A stretch of DNA of 64,000 nucleotides, taken from positions 17,453 to 81,452 of the forward strand of contig JBPOHU010000003.1 in NCBI GenBank assembly GCA_052035195.1, in the 5' to 3' direction. The translations under genes and the position numbers were made by a program. The stretch is from Candidatus Nomurabacteria bacterium (GTDB lineage Bacteria > Patescibacteriota > Minisyncoccia > Phycocordibacterales > UBA9973). Shown here one piece after another: positions 45,996 through 57,038 of this stretch (position 1 is the first letter of the stretch; the number at the start of each line of letters is the position of its first letter). Below the pieces are notes generated by a model that saw nothing but the letters and a program-made list of their open reading frames with translations, was not told the DNA's origin and did not search any database.

Positions 45996-47891
45996 ATGTC
46001 TTCTGAAGAAATAGACCATATCGCACAACTTCAACAAAAGCTATATGCTCGTGATCCTGAGAGTGCCCCTAAGCGCACTGTTGGTATTTTGCGCCCTCTT
46101 AAGTCAAGAGTTGAATCTTCTTGGGGGCAAGAAGATTTGGTCAAAGAAAAAAAGCGCCACATACCCATGATTTCTGGTTATAGAAGATTTTTTATTTTCT
46201 CTTTTATTTTTTTCTTAATAGCTCTGGCTGTTGCATTTTTCTCTGTTTATCGCGGAGCTGTTACTCTCTCAAGTAAAAATGTTGAGTTAACTATTTTAGG
46301 TAATTCTTTTGTTGCAGGAGGGGAGAGCTTGCCAATACAAGTAGATATGATTAACAAAAACTCTGCAGACCTTGTAGACGCTGAAATAACTATCTCTTAT
46401 CCCAAGGGGTCGATGGATGTAAGTGGTGCAGAAATGGAAAGGGTAAAAAAGGTTTTGGGTACTATATCTTCAGGAAAGACGAAAACAGAAGGATTCTCCG
46501 TTATTCTATATGGTGAGCAAGGTACTAGTCGAACAGTGACTGCTACTCTTGAATATAAGCTTGCTGGGTCAAATACAACGTTCGTCAAAGAGAAATCTTT
46601 TTCCGTTATGATAAATTCTTCTCCCGTATCACTCACTGTGGATGCTCCTACATCAACAGCTTCAAATCAACCATTTAATATGACTATCAGAACCGTCTTT
46701 ACTGGAGACTCAATACTGGAAGACGCTATTGTTAGAGTTGAATATCCAAATGGTTATGTTTTCTCTTCTGCTGTACCAGCCCCAGAGAGCGGAACAAATG
46801 TTTGGGCACTTAAAGATTTGGTTAAAGGAACAGAGAGAACTATTTCTATAAGAGGGAAATTGATAGGAGAAGAGCAAGATGAAAAAGCTTTTCATATTTA
46901 TGTAGGATCAAGATCTAGTGAGACAGATTCACGAATTGCTGTTTCTTATAATTCTGTTTTACATAGCACTACTATAGAACAACCATTTATCTCTGGTGTT
47001 ATAAGTATTGGTAATGTACAAGATGATGTTGTCGCTCTTCCAAGCGGGTCTAATGTCTCAGGTGTTATTAAGTTTGTTAACAATGCCCCTATTAGGATTA
47101 CAAACCCTATTTTTACTTTGTATTTAAATGGGGAGACTATCGGTGTTGATTCAATAGAAGCTCGAGGTGGTAGATATGACCCTTTGGAGAAAACTATCGT
47201 TTGGAATAATGAAACGAGCTTGGACTTATCTGCCATAGAAAGTGGTGCTCAAGGAGAACTTCCTTTTAGTTTCAATACAACACTACCTAAGCCGGGTACT
47301 GCAGGGGATATAAACTTGTCGCTTTCGGTTTCCGGAGTTTTCCCTGATAGAGACTTTTTTGAAGATAGTATCTCTGATATTGATCAAAAGATAATCCGTT
47401 TTTCTTCTCGTTTGCAGTTTGCTTCTCAGTCTCTTTATTCAGTGGGCCCTATAAAAAACACAGGACCATTTCCGTCTAGGGTAGATAAGGAAACGACATA
47501 TACTATTTCTTGGACAATGAAACCAGTCGAAAACCCTCTTTCAAAAGCTGTAGCTACAGCAGTACTGCCTCTCGGCGTGTCTTGGACAGGGGTTATTTCT
47601 CCTCAATCTGAAAATGTTTCTTTTGACCCAGAAACAAGAATAGTTTCTTGGGCAATAGGATCTATTCCAAGAGCTACTACAAATGCTTTTACTCGCTCAG
47701 TTGCTTTCCAGGTAAAGGTTAAACCAACTAAAAGTCAGCTAGATTCCGACCTTGATTTAATAGGAGAGACAACTATTAACGCAACAGATACTATAGCCAA
47801 TACGCCTTTGACAATAAGTCGACCAGCCCTTACTAATCGCCTAAGTACTGACCCTATCTATTCCCCAGGGAAGGAAAAAGTGCTACCATAG
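45996..47891 (+). CDS. Membrane-anchored protein with extracellular beta-sandwich repeats, hypothetical
   Basis: TM at aa ~60-85 (FFIFSFIFFLIALAVAFFSVY), then ~540 aa Thr/Ser/Val-rich beta-type repeats. Confidence 0.5.
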   Translation: MSSEEIDHIAQLQQKLYARDPESAPKRTVGILRPLKSRVESSWGQEDLVKEKKRHIPMISGYRRFFIFSFIFFLIALAVAFFSVYRGAVTLSSKNVELTILGNSFVAGGESLPIQVDMINKNSADLVDAEITISYPKGSMDVSGAEMERVKKVLGTISSGKTKTEGFSVILYGEQGTSRTVTATLEYKLAGSNTTFVKEKSFSVMINSSPVSLTVDAPTSTASNQPFNMTIRTVFTGDSILEDAIVRVEYPNGYVFSSAVPAPESGTNVWALKDLVKGTERTISIRGKLIGEEQDEKAFHIYVGSRSSETDSRIAVSYNSVLHSTTIEQPFISGVISIGNVQDDVVALPSGSNVSGVIKFVNNAPIRITNPIFTLYLNGETIGVDSIEARGGRYDPLEKTIVWNNETSLDLSAIESGAQGELPFSFNTTLPKPGTAGDINLSLSVSGVFPDRDFFEDSISDIDQKIIRFSSRLQFASQSLYSVGPIKNTGPFPSRVDKETTYTISWTMKPVENPLSKAVATAVLPLGVSWTGVISPQSENVSFDPETRIVSWAIGSIPRATTNAFTRSVAFQVKVKPTKSQLDSDLDLIGETTINATDTIANTPLTISRPALTNRLSTDPIYSPGKEKVLP

Positions 47892-47897
47892 CCCATA

Positions 47898-49304
47898 ATG
47901 AAAGTATCTATGGAACAACTCATTAGTTTATGTAAGCGCCGGGGTTTTGTATTCCCGTCTTCTGAGATATATGGTGGTATGGCTGGAGTTTATGACTACG
48001 GTCATTATGGAAGTCTACTTAAAGACAATATTCGTTCTGCTTGGCTTCGTCATATGGTACAGCTCCGAGAAGATGTAGTTGGTCTTGATAGTGCTATTTT
48101 TATGCATCCAACTACTTGGAAGGCGTCGGGTCATGTCGATGGATTTAATGATCCTCAAGTAGATTGTAAAAACTGTAAATCTCGTTTTCGAGCTGACCAT
48201 ATACTTGAAGACCTCGGCATTTCTGCTGACAAGGCTAGTATAGAATTTATAAATCAAGAACTAGATAAATTAAGAGAAGATAAAAAGCTAGTCTGTCCAA
48301 ATTGTAATAAAGCCACTCTTACAGAAGCTCGAGTGTTTTCAATGATGGTTAAGTCTAACCTAGGTTCTCCTGTTGATGTTCTCGATGAAGAAAATGTAGT
48401 TTATCTTAGGCCGGAGACTTGTGGTGGTATTTATCTTGAATACAAAAATACATTAGATAGTCTTCACCCAAAACTTCCTTTTGGTATTGCTCAAGTAGGT
48501 AAAGCTTTTAGAAATGAAATAGCGGCTAGACAGTTTATTTTCCGAACTAGAGAGTTTGAACAAATGGAAATGCAATACTTTCACAAGAAAGAGCAAACCA
48601 AAGACGTTTTTGAAAGATGGCAAGAAGCCAGAATGAAATGGTATCTCGCATATGGTATCCCCGAAGAGAAGCTTCGTTGGTTTAAACATGAAAAGCTAGC
48701 TCATTATGCAAGTGAGGCTTATGACATAGAGTATGATTTTTCTGGACTAGATGGATTCAAAGAAGTAGAAGGGATACATGCTCGAGGAGATTGGGATCTA
48801 TCTCAACACTCTAAGTTCTCAGGAGTAGACCTGTCTTATTTTGATGAAGAAACAAAAGAGAGATTTATCCCTCATATTGTAGAGACATCAGCAGGACTCG
48901 CACGTCACTTTTTGATGTTTCTAGATAATGCTTATACAGAAGAAGAAACTGAAAGTGGAGATACTAGAGTATTTTTGAAACTTCACGGTGCTCTAGCTCC
49001 TATAAAGTGTGCAGTCTTTCCACTTCTTAAAAACAAGCCTGAACTTGTAGCAAAAGCACGAGAAGTATTTCTAACACTACGAACAAAGTTTATGTGTGAA
49101 TTTGATGACAACGGAAACGTAGGCAAGAGATATCGCCGACAAGATGAAATAGGTACACCATTTTGTGTTGTAGTTGATTTTGATACTCTCGGAGAAACTC
49201 CAGATTTGTTTGATACTGTTACTGTTCGAAATCGTGATACGGGTAAGCAAGATAGAATAGCGATATCAGAGCTAGAAAAATACATAGAAGATCGAATAAA
49301 ATAA
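47898..49304 (+). CDS. glyQS: Glycine--tRNA ligase (alpha2 dimeric type)
   Basis: MKVSMEQLISLCKRRGFVFPSSEIYGGMAGVYDYGHYG, class II motifs, anticodon-binding C-terminus. Confidence 0.9.
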   Translation: MKVSMEQLISLCKRRGFVFPSSEIYGGMAGVYDYGHYGSLLKDNIRSAWLRHMVQLREDVVGLDSAIFMHPTTWKASGHVDGFNDPQVDCKNCKSRFRADHILEDLGISADKASIEFINQELDKLREDKKLVCPNCNKATLTEARVFSMMVKSNLGSPVDVLDEENVVYLRPETCGGIYLEYKNTLDSLHPKLPFGIAQVGKAFRNEIAARQFIFRTREFEQMEMQYFHKKEQTKDVFERWQEARMKWYLAYGIPEEKLRWFKHEKLAHYASEAYDIEYDFSGLDGFKEVEGIHARGDWDLSQHSKFSGVDLSYFDEETKERFIPHIVETSAGLARHFLMFLDNAYTEEETESGDTRVFLKLHGALAPIKCAVFPLLKNKPELVAKAREVFLTLRTKFMCEFDDNGNVGKRYRRQDEIGTPFCVVVDFDTLGETPDLFDTVTVRNRDTGKQDRIAISELEKYIEDRIK

Positions 49305-49305
49305 A

Positions 49306-49330
49306 AAGACCCGATATCGGGTCTTTTAGC
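49306..49330 (+). terminator. Rho-independent terminator
   Basis: aaaagacccgatatcgggtctttt. Confidence 0.65.
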
Positions 49331-49561
49331 TTTATTCGCGCCAGTCAAACTTTATATTTTTTGTTTTTATTTTAAAAATATAAACAACTAATTTAAAAAA
49401 CAATAAAAATATAAGTATTGCTCTGGCTGCAGCAATCTCTGCTTCAGAGGCAGGATGAGGTGTGATACTAATCATATAAAAAACAGTTTAGTTCCTCTTA
49501 GGTTTACTCCATTTTGGTATCATTTGTCAACTCTTTCTTTAAAATGCTACTATAGCTTTAT

Positions 49562-50614
49562 ATGTTAGAAAATCGTCCTATTCGTATTAGTACAGATACC
49601 TTATTTAGGGCAGTTCTTGTTGGTCTTGTCGTTTACGCAGTTTTTCTTCTCAGAGACATTGTTCTGCTTATTCTTGCTGCTATTGTCATCGCTTCTTTTG
49701 TAGAGTCTGGGGTAAGAGCTTTTGCTCGTATAAAAGTAAGCAGACTTTTAGCAGTTCCAATCATTTATAGTATTGTCATCGCTATTTTAGTTGCTATATT
49801 TTATGCTTTTGTTCCGATAATATTCCGGGAGCTCTCTGGTGTCATCGGCCTTATCTCTACCTATCTTCCATCTTCTCCATCTATAAATACTGAATCAATA
49901 GAAGGGGCTACAGATATAGTTAATAATATTTCCAAGAATACTTCTATTCCAGACTTGCTTTCAAATATTAAAAGTATAGCTTCTAGTTTTTCTCAAGGAG
50001 CTACTTCTATTATAGGAAGTACTTTTGGAGGAATGATAAATCTGATACTGGTTATAGTGATGTCTTTCTATCTTTCTGTTCAAGAAAAGGGGATACAAAT
50101 GTTTCTTAGAATTGTTACACCTGCAAAACACGAAAGATATGTCATAGATCTTTGGGTTCGAACACAGCGCAAGATTGGCTTATGGTTTCAGGGGCAACTT
50201 TTCTTGGGGGCTGTTATTGCCGCTATTGCTTTTGCAGGGCTCGCTCTCTTGGGGGTTCAATATGCTTTCTTGATAGCTATTATTAGTGGTATTGCTGAGC
50301 TTATTCCTTTTGGTCTGACATTTGCTGCTATCCCAGCCGTTCTCTTTGCTGTTATAAATGGTGGGGTCCTTCTAGGATTTAAAGTTCTTATTTTTTATAT
50401 TATTCTTCAGCAATTAGAAAACTACGTTCTTGGTCCGACCATTGTAAAAAGAGTAGTGGGTATACCGCCTCTTATTGTTATGGTAGCTTTCTTGATAGGT
50501 ATTAGTTTAGCTGGATTTTGGGGTGCACTACTAGCTATACCTATGGCAGTATTGGTGCTTGAATATTTAGGTGATAAAGAAAAAAGTAAATACGTAACTG
50601 TTACTGAGAATTAA
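49562..50614 (+). CDS. AI-2E family transporter (PerM/UPF0118)
   Basis: 350 aa, ~8 TM, conserved C-terminal ILGPTIVKRVVGIPPLIV region typical of AI-2E. Confidence 0.75.
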   Translation: MLENRPIRISTDTLFRAVLVGLVVYAVFLLRDIVLLILAAIVIASFVESGVRAFARIKVSRLLAVPIIYSIVIAILVAIFYAFVPIIFRELSGVIGLISTYLPSSPSINTESIEGATDIVNNISKNTSIPDLLSNIKSIASSFSQGATSIIGSTFGGMINLILVIVMSFYLSVQEKGIQMFLRIVTPAKHERYVIDLWVRTQRKIGLWFQGQLFLGAVIAAIAFAGLALLGVQYAFLIAIISGIAELIPFGLTFAAIPAVLFAVINGGVLLGFKVLIFYIILQQLENYVLGPTIVKRVVGIPPLIVMVAFLIGISLAGFWGALLAIPMAVLVLEYLGDKEKSKYVTVTEN

Positions 50615-50617
50615 ATT

Positions 50618-52084
50618 ATGGAAAATAAAAAATTTTATATAACTACAACTTTACCTTATGTGAATTCTGATCCACATGTTGGTTTTGCCATGGAAATAAT
50701 ACGAGCTGATAGTATCGCTAGGTTTAAAAAACTATTGGGTTATGAAGTATTTTTCAATACTGGCACTGATGAGCATGGACAAAAACTTTTAGCGGATGCT
50801 ACTAAAGCGGGTAAGACACCAAAAGAATATGTAGATTATTATGCAGAACAATTTAGAGGACTAAAAGATCTTTTGGGTATAACAGAAGATGTACATTTTA
50901 TTCGTACTACAGACGAACACCATGAAAAGGCAGCTCAAGAGCTTTGGAAGATTGTAGAGAAAAATGGCTATATATATAAAAAGAATTATCAAGCTAAATA
51001 TTGTGTTGGTTGTGAGCTTGAAAAAACAGATAGTGAGCTCAACGAAGAAGGCCAGTGTCCTATACACCCAGGGAAAGATTTGGAAATAATAAATGAAGAA
51101 AATTACTTTTTTGCCTTTTCTAAGATTGCTCCAATGATTGAAAATCTTTACAAAGAAAAACCTTCTTTGGTTATACCAGAATTTAGGTTTAATGAAATGA
51201 AAGCTTTTTTATCTAGAGGAATAGAAGATTTTTCTATTTCAAGATTAAAGAGCAAAATGTCTTGGGGAGTACCGGTACCAGGAGATGAAGAGCACGTGAT
51301 GTATGTTTGGTTTGATGCTCTTACTAACTATATTTCTACATTGGGATGGCCAGAAGATGAGAAAGGTTTTTTCAGAGATTTTTGGCAAGAAGGAGAGAAG
51401 GTTCAATATTGTGGTAAAGATAATACTCGCCAACAATCAATGATGTGGCAAGGAATGTTGCTTGCAGCCGGATTACCAACAACAGATCATATAATAATAA
51501 ATGGTTTTATAAATTCTGGTGGGCAAAAAATGTCTAAATCTTTAGGAAATGTTTTAAGCCCCTATGATATCATCGCTATTTTCGGAGCTGTAGCAGGAGA
51601 GCGATCTAGCGATGTTTTAAGATATTATTTACTTCGTCATATGAATTCTTTTGAAGATTCTGATATGACACTCGAGAGTTTAAATGAAGCCTATCAATCT
51701 GGACTCTCTAATGGTATTGGAAACTTAACTTCACGCATAATGACATTATCCGAATCTCACTGTGAAGGTTTTGATGAGCTTCCAAATGTTATGCATCCAG
51801 AAAATATAATAAAAGCAGTTGAGTCTTTCGATATTCAAAAAGCTATGAACTACATTTGGGAAAACATTGCAACTATTGATCAAAAAATTCAAATTACCAA
51901 ACCTTTTTCTGTTATTAAAGAAGACAGGGAAGCAGGAATTGCCATTATCAACGGTCTTGTTTCTGATCTATACGGTATTGCTATATCTCTTGCTCCATTT
52001 ATGCCAAAGACAAGTGAAAGTATTATTGAATGCATTCGTAATAATAAAAAACCAGAAGTACCACTTTTTGCACGCTTACAGTAA
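50618..52084 (+). CDS. metG: Methionine--tRNA ligase (short form)
   Basis: TTTLPYVNSDPHVGFAMEII (HIGH-type), zinc knuckle CVGCELEK...CPIH, KMSKS (QKMSKSLGN); 488 aa. Confidence 0.9.
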   Translation: MENKKFYITTTLPYVNSDPHVGFAMEIIRADSIARFKKLLGYEVFFNTGTDEHGQKLLADATKAGKTPKEYVDYYAEQFRGLKDLLGITEDVHFIRTTDEHHEKAAQELWKIVEKNGYIYKKNYQAKYCVGCELEKTDSELNEEGQCPIHPGKDLEIINEENYFFAFSKIAPMIENLYKEKPSLVIPEFRFNEMKAFLSRGIEDFSISRLKSKMSWGVPVPGDEEHVMYVWFDALTNYISTLGWPEDEKGFFRDFWQEGEKVQYCGKDNTRQQSMMWQGMLLAAGLPTTDHIIINGFINSGGQKMSKSLGNVLSPYDIIAIFGAVAGERSSDVLRYYLLRHMNSFEDSDMTLESLNEAYQSGLSNGIGNLTSRIMTLSESHCEGFDELPNVMHPENIIKAVESFDIQKAMNYIWENIATIDQKIQITKPFSVIKEDREAGIAIINGLVSDLYGIAISLAPFMPKTSESIIECIRNNKKPEVPLFARLQ

Positions 52085-52866
52085 TGAAAATAATCGATAC
52101 TCACTCACATTTTAACCTCCATCAATTTGAGCATGATTTGCCGGAGTCTATTTCGCGTATGGTAGAAGCAGAAGTTGGCACCATAACTATCGGTATTGAT
52201 TTGCCAACTAGCGACCATGCTATGCGACTAGCACAAGAGCATTCTAGTATTTGGGCTTGTGTTGGTCAGCATCCGACAGAGTGGGACAAAGATTTTGATG
52301 AAATTGAATTTAGAAAATTACTAAGCGAAAAAAGGGTTGTAGCAGTAGGAGAGTGCGGAATAGATTATTATAGAGAAAAAGATAGGGGTGCAATCAAAGA
52401 GCAAAAAGAATTATTTTTGAGGCAGATTAGTTTAGCCCATGAATTCAACTTGCCTTTAATGCTCCACATAAGACCTGAGCAGGACACAATGAATGCCTAC
52501 GAAGAGGCTCTAGATATTTTAGAAGAATACAAAAATCTTTGGCCAGACTTGAGGGGTACAGCGCACTTTTTTGTTGGGACAAAAGAAGTAGCAAAAAGAT
52601 TTTTAGACTTAGGTTTTTTTATTTCTTTCTCAGGTGTTATTACTTTTGTGAAGGAATATGAAGAGTTAGTAAAATTTGTTCCTATAGAGCGCATTCTTCC
52701 TGAGACTGATGCACCTTTTGCCACACCTGTGCCACATAGAGGAACTCGTAATCAACCAGAATATGTCATAGAAGTGGTTAAAAAGATAGCAGAAATAAAA
52801 GGTTTGGATTTTGAAGGTACCCAGAGTCAGCTTTTGGAAAACGCCAAAAAACTTTTTGTTTTATAG
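52084..52866 (+). CDS. tatD: TatD-family metal-dependent hydrolase (DNase)
   Basis: MKIIDTHSHFN..., GECGIDY, MLHIRPEQD, ETDAPF motifs. Confidence 0.85.
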   Translation: MKIIDTHSHFNLHQFEHDLPESISRMVEAEVGTITIGIDLPTSDHAMRLAQEHSSIWACVGQHPTEWDKDFDEIEFRKLLSEKRVVAVGECGIDYYREKDRGAIKEQKELFLRQISLAHEFNLPLMLHIRPEQDTMNAYEEALDILEEYKNLWPDLRGTAHFFVGTKEVAKRFLDLGFFISFSGVITFVKEYEELVKFVPIERILPETDAPFATPVPHRGTRNQPEYVIEVVKKIAEIKGLDFEGTQSQLLENAKKLFVL

Positions 52867-53011
52867 GCTTATTTTACAAAAATAGCTTTTTGATGTAGTA
52901 TATTGCCCATAGCCCCCGTTTCCTGCTGAGCCTAAAGTGCCAGTGGGACATTGGTCCGAAGCGGGCTTTTAATTAATAAAAATCATTCTAGCTCTAGTCT
53001 AGAATTTATAC

Positions 53012-53515
53012 ATGTCAGAAAAACAAACACGTTTGTACGAATGTGGATTTATCCTTGTTCCTACAGTTCCTGAGGCAGAAGTTCCTCAAGCAGTTGATTC
53101 TCTTAAAGCCCTTATAGCAAAAGAGGGAGGAGAAGTATCTTCTGTTGGTACACCAGAGTATATTGATCTTGCTTACACTATTGAAAAAACTTTTGGTAGT
53201 AAAAAAAGTAAGTATTCTCAAGGATACTTTGGTTTTATCAAATTTGAAGCGAGTCCAGAGTCTCTTGAAGCTCTTAAAAAAGCTCTAGATGCTGAAGTTC
53301 AAATTGTTAGATACTTGCTTATCAAAACAGATCCAACAAATACTATTTCTTTCAAAAAACCAAAAATAGAAGCAAAAAGAGGGGATGCGTCAGTTATTGA
53401 TGATGCAGACCTAGAAAGTGATGAATCAGTAGATGATATTATTGCAGCACACGAAGCTCTGCCAGATCTTCTTCCAGAAATTGAAGCAGATGCAGAAGTT
53501 AAGGATGCGGAATAA
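53012..53515 (+). CDS. rpsF: 30S ribosomal protein S6
   Basis: MSEKQTRLYECGFILVP... with acidic C-terminal tail. Confidence 0.8.
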   Translation: MSEKQTRLYECGFILVPTVPEAEVPQAVDSLKALIAKEGGEVSSVGTPEYIDLAYTIEKTFGSKKSKYSQGYFGFIKFEASPESLEALKKALDAEVQIVRYLLIKTDPTNTISFKKPKIEAKRGDASVIDDADLESDESVDDIIAAHEALPDLLPEIEADAEVKDAE

Positions 53516-53569
53516 TTATTCACTCTTTCGTCTTGCACCTACTAGATAACAGCTATAAACTTAAAATAT

Positions 53570-54031
53570 ATGTATCTAAATAAAGTATTTCTAATAGGTA
53601 ATCTTACTCGTGACCCAGAACTCAAGGCTCTTCCTACAGGAACTAAAGTAGCTAGCATTTCTCTTGCTACGAATCGTACCTGGAAAGATCAAGGTGGTGC
53701 CAAAAAAGAGGCTGTGGAATATCACAATGTTGTAGCTTTTGCTAGACAAGCAGAGGTTATAGCTCAGTACTGTAAAAAGGGAAGTTCTTTGTATATAGAA
53801 GGTCGTATCCAAACTAGAAGTTGGGATGCAACTGACGGAACAAAGAAATATAGAACAGAAATAGTTCTAGAGAATTTCCAATTTGGTCCTAAGGGTGGTG
53901 GATCTGGAACAGGAGCTCCTATGACAGGCCCTCACTCTGATGCCGAGGCTCCACAAGCTAGTGCCAAGCCAGACTTAGATACTATTGAATATCCAGAAGA
54001 AGAGATAAACCTAGAAGATATACCTTTCTAG
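53570..54031 (+). CDS. ssb: Single-stranded DNA-binding protein
   Basis: MYLNKVFLIGNLTRDPELKALPTGTKVASISLATNRTWKD OB-fold, Gly-rich linker, acidic tail ...EDIPF. Confidence 0.85.
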   Translation: MYLNKVFLIGNLTRDPELKALPTGTKVASISLATNRTWKDQGGAKKEAVEYHNVVAFARQAEVIAQYCKKGSSLYIEGRIQTRSWDATDGTKKYRTEIVLENFQFGPKGGGSGTGAPMTGPHSDAEAPQASAKPDLDTIEYPEEEINLEDIPF

Positions 54032-54070
54032 TCTCTAAAAACTAATTAATAATTTGCTAATAACTAACTT

Positions 54071-54271
54071 ATGAAACAAGATTACTTTAATGCAAACAGT
54101 ATTCATCATATCGACTATAAAGACGTTGATAGTTTGAAGAAGTTTCTTAACCCAAACGCTAGAATCAATTCTCGAAAGCGTACAGGTCTTACTGCAAAAA
54201 ATCAGCGCTCTCTTGCTGAAGCAGTAAAGCGTGCTCGCTTTATGGGACTGCTTCCATTCGTAGCTAACTAA
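54071..54271 (+). CDS. rpsR: 30S ribosomal protein S18
   Basis: [50 protein letters not shown]. Confidence 0.8.
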   Translation: MKQDYFNANSIHHIDYKDVDSLKKFLNPNARINSRKRTGLTAKNQRSLAEAVKRARFMGLLPFVAN

Positions 54272-54273
54272 AT

Positions 54274-54306
54274 AAAAAAACCTCTCAATTGAGAGGTTTT
54301 TTTATT
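54274..54306. terminator. Bidirectional terminator between rpsR and efp
   Basis: aaaaaaacctctcaattgagaggttttttt. Confidence 0.65.
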
Positions 54307-54890
54307 TAGTTAACCCGCTCTACGTATTCACCAGTTTCACTATTGATTCGGATTTTTTCACCGATGTTTATAAATAGTGGCACATTGATAGTCGCACCTG
54401 TTTCAAGTGTCGCTACTTTGTTTCCACCCGTTACACTTGCTCCTTTGATAGCTGGGGGAGCATCTACTACTTCAAGCTCAAGCTTGATAGGTATTTTAAC
54501 TCCTATAACTTGTTCTTCATCATCATCATTTGTATAAATAATAGTTTCTATTTCGCTATTCGCTTTAACAAAACGCATTTTATCTCCCACGATTTCTTCT
54601 TTGAGAGTAAATCGGTTTGATGGGTCTTTGACATCACAGAACCATATTTCATTTTTGTTCTTATATAGGAACTTTACCGGTCTTGTTGTTATATCTGCTT
54701 CTTCTGCTTTTTCTGAAGAGCCAAATGAGATTTCAGCCACACGACCAGTTAGTAGGTTTTTTAGTTTAGTAGCATTTACCGGCTTTCTTTGTTGTTTTCG
54801 AAACACATGTGAGGCTAGTACTTCATGAGGATGACCATCCCAGACGATTATCTTGTGTTCTTTGATTTCATTGTATTCAAGCATTGACAT
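54306..54890 (-). CDS. efp: Elongation factor P
   Basis: 194 aa with three OB/KOW-like domains, ...KPVNATKLKNLLTGRVAEISF... Confidence 0.8.
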   Translation of the reverse strand: MSMLEYNEIKEHKIIVWDGHPHEVLASHVFRKQQRKPVNATKLKNLLTGRVAEISFGSSEKAEEADITTRPVKFLYKNKNEIWFCDVKDPSNRFTLKEEIVGDKMRFVKANSEIETIIYTNDDDEEQVIGVKIPIKLELEVVDAPPAIKGASVTGGNKVATLETGATINVPLFINIGEKIRINSETGEYVERVN

Positions 54891-55004
54891 AGTTTATTTT
54901 TCGGGGTTATTTAGTCCTAATAGGGAAGATTGTAGCTTAAATATTAAATAAACTCAACAATACAAGCTTTTTCTTTATTTATATAAAAATAGTATAATTT
55001 AAAT

Positions 55005-55892
55005 ATGAATAAAGAGGGTGAGCACGGTTTCACTATTATTGAGATTATAGGAGCTTTTGCTATTATAGGTCTTATTTTAAGTGTTGTAATTTCAGGTATT
55101 CAAAAATCAAAAGATAAAAAGTCAGACTTAAGTGTCAAGGCTGAGTTAGCAGAAATACAAATAGATGTCTCCGAATACGATATTGCTCCAGGTGTTACAG
55201 ATTTTACTGCGGCATTTAACTCTAAGGGTGTTTCTCAAAAATTACTAGACATAGCTTCTTCTTTGGGAGTTTCTCCAGGGGAATATGAGTATGTAGCTAC
55301 TGCTGATGAATTTGTTGTTATTTTCCCTTTAAAAAAGAGTGATACATTTTATTGTGTTGACTCAACTGGTATTTCATCTGAAGTAACGGGCTTATTAAAT
55401 ATAACAGGCCCTCGTAGTTGTAGTAATGCTACTAGATATGTAGCAGTGTCTGGATGGGAAGATGAAGATGCAGGATTACCTGGTGGCGGAGGCGGGGGTG
55501 GTGGAGGAGCAAATACTCCTCCGGTAATTACTTTAGTCCCACCTGAAATTGTCGGTTATGGAGTCAACGCTGATTTTTTTGATTATAATGGGCAAAATGT
55601 TTATGGTGTCCTTCCTGCTAGTTTTCCTGAGATATCATATACAGCAACTGATGCAGAAGATGGTGATTTAACATCTGAAGTCGTTATAGTATTTCCAGAT
55701 ACCTATAGAGTACACTTACTACCTAAAGATGGTCCATTACTTACTTTTTTTAAAAAAATTGTTTACCCAACATCTGTTGATGCAAAAGGAGGGCCTAGTT
55801 GTTTAGCTATAACAACTCGTATGTACCAAGTCACTGATAGCGGAGGACTCACCGCTACTGCTTATAGAGATTTTACAGCTGTTTGTAGTTAA
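55005..55892 (+). CDS. Type IV pilin/pseudopilin-like protein
   Basis: Class III signal peptide MNKEGEHG/FTIIEIIGAFAIIGLILSVVISGI (cleavage after G, Glu at +5), poly-Gly linker GGGGGGGGG, C-terminal globular domain. Confidence 0.7.
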   Translation: MNKEGEHGFTIIEIIGAFAIIGLILSVVISGIQKSKDKKSDLSVKAELAEIQIDVSEYDIAPGVTDFTAAFNSKGVSQKLLDIASSLGVSPGEYEYVATADEFVVIFPLKKSDTFYCVDSTGISSEVTGLLNITGPRSCSNATRYVAVSGWEDEDAGLPGGGGGGGGGANTPPVITLVPPEIVGYGVNADFFDYNGQNVYGVLPASFPEISYTATDAEDGDLTSEVVIVFPDTYRVHLLPKDGPLLTFFKKIVYPTSVDAKGGPSCLAITTRMYQVTDSGGLTATAYRDFTAVCS

Positions 55893-55945
55893 ACTTAAAT
55901 AAAATAAAAATACCCTTCAATTGAAGGGTATTTTTATTACTTAAT
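55893..55945. terminator. Bidirectional terminator between pilin gene and recA
   Basis: aaaaataccctt-caattg-aagggtattttt. Confidence 0.65.
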
Positions 55946-55948
55946 TAT

Positions 55949-57022
55949 TTATTCTCCTGCACTATCAGCTACAACTTCTTTCATTCTTTTTCGAACGTCT
56001 TTTTGTATTTGATCTCGAACTTTTGTATTTTCTCTCATAAAGACTCGAGTAGCATCATATCCTCGTCCAAGTTTTACTTCCTCCTCGCCCAGAGAAGCTT
56101 TAGCGGAGTTGGGTTTGACTTCAGGTTTGTATGTATAAGAAGTACCATTTTTTTCGATTACTCCAAGCTTTTCTCCTAGAGCAATTAGTTCTCCTTCAAG
56201 AGAAATACCTTCTCCATAGATGATATCAAATTCTGTTTGTTTAAAAGGGGAGGCGACTTTGTTCTTTACTACTTTTACTCTTGTTCGACTTCCGACTACC
56301 TCTTCACCCTTTTTTATTTGAGCAATACGACGAATATCAAGACGAATAGAAGTATAGAACTTCAAAGCCTTACCACCTGGAGTAGTCTCAGGATTACCAA
56401 ACATCACTCCTATTTGCATACGTATTTGGTTTATAAATATCACTACAGTTTTAGATTTGTGTACTATAGCAGTTAGTTTTCGGAGTGCCTGACTCATGAG
56501 ACGAGCTTGTTTACCCATGTGTTGTTGCCCCATGTCTCCTTCGATTTCATCTTTTGGGGTAAGAGCAGCTACTGAGTCAACAACTATTACATCTATCTTG
56601 CCACTACGAACAAGGGATTCACATATCTCTAGGCCTTGTTCACCAGTGTCTGGTTGAGATATGAGAAGTTCTTGGATCTTTACTCCAATGTTTCCAGCAT
56701 ACTCTGGGTCCATGGCATGTTCTGCATCAATATATGCACATACTCCACCAAGCTTTTGAGCTTCAGCTACGATGTGTAGAGCTAGGGTAGTCTTACCAGA
56801 GGATTCTGGTCCAAATATTTCCATGATACGACCTCTAGGTACTCCTCCGATACCGAGAGCAATATCAAGCCCGATAGAGCCAGTAGGGATGACACTTAGA
56901 TTAACCTTTGGTGTATCACCTAGCTTCATGATCGCCCCTTCTCCAAATTTTGTTTGAATACTTTTTATTGTGTCATCTATCGATGAACCTGTTTCTTTAG
57001 GTGTTGTTGATTTCTTTGCCAT
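55949..57022 (-). CDS. recA: Recombinase RecA
   Basis: Walker [14 protein letters not shown]1/L2 loops, overall RecA; 357 aa. Confidence 0.95.
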   Translation of the reverse strand: MAKKSTTPKETGSSIDDTIKSIQTKFGEGAIMKLGDTPKVNLSVIPTGSIGLDIALGIGGVPRGRIMEIFGPESSGKTTLALHIVAEAQKLGGVCAYIDAEHAMDPEYAGNIGVKIQELLISQPDTGEQGLEICESLVRSGKIDVIVVDSVAALTPKDEIEGDMGQQHMGKQARLMSQALRKLTAIVHKSKTVVIFINQIRMQIGVMFGNPETTPGGKALKFYTSIRLDIRRIAQIKKGEEVVGSRTRVKVVKNKVASPFKQTEFDIIYGEGISLEGELIALGEKLGVIEKNGTSYTYKPEVKPNSAKASLGEEEVKLGRGYDATRVFMRENTKVRDQIQKDVRKRMKEVVADSAGE

Positions 57023-57038
57023 ACTCTCTTTTCACTTT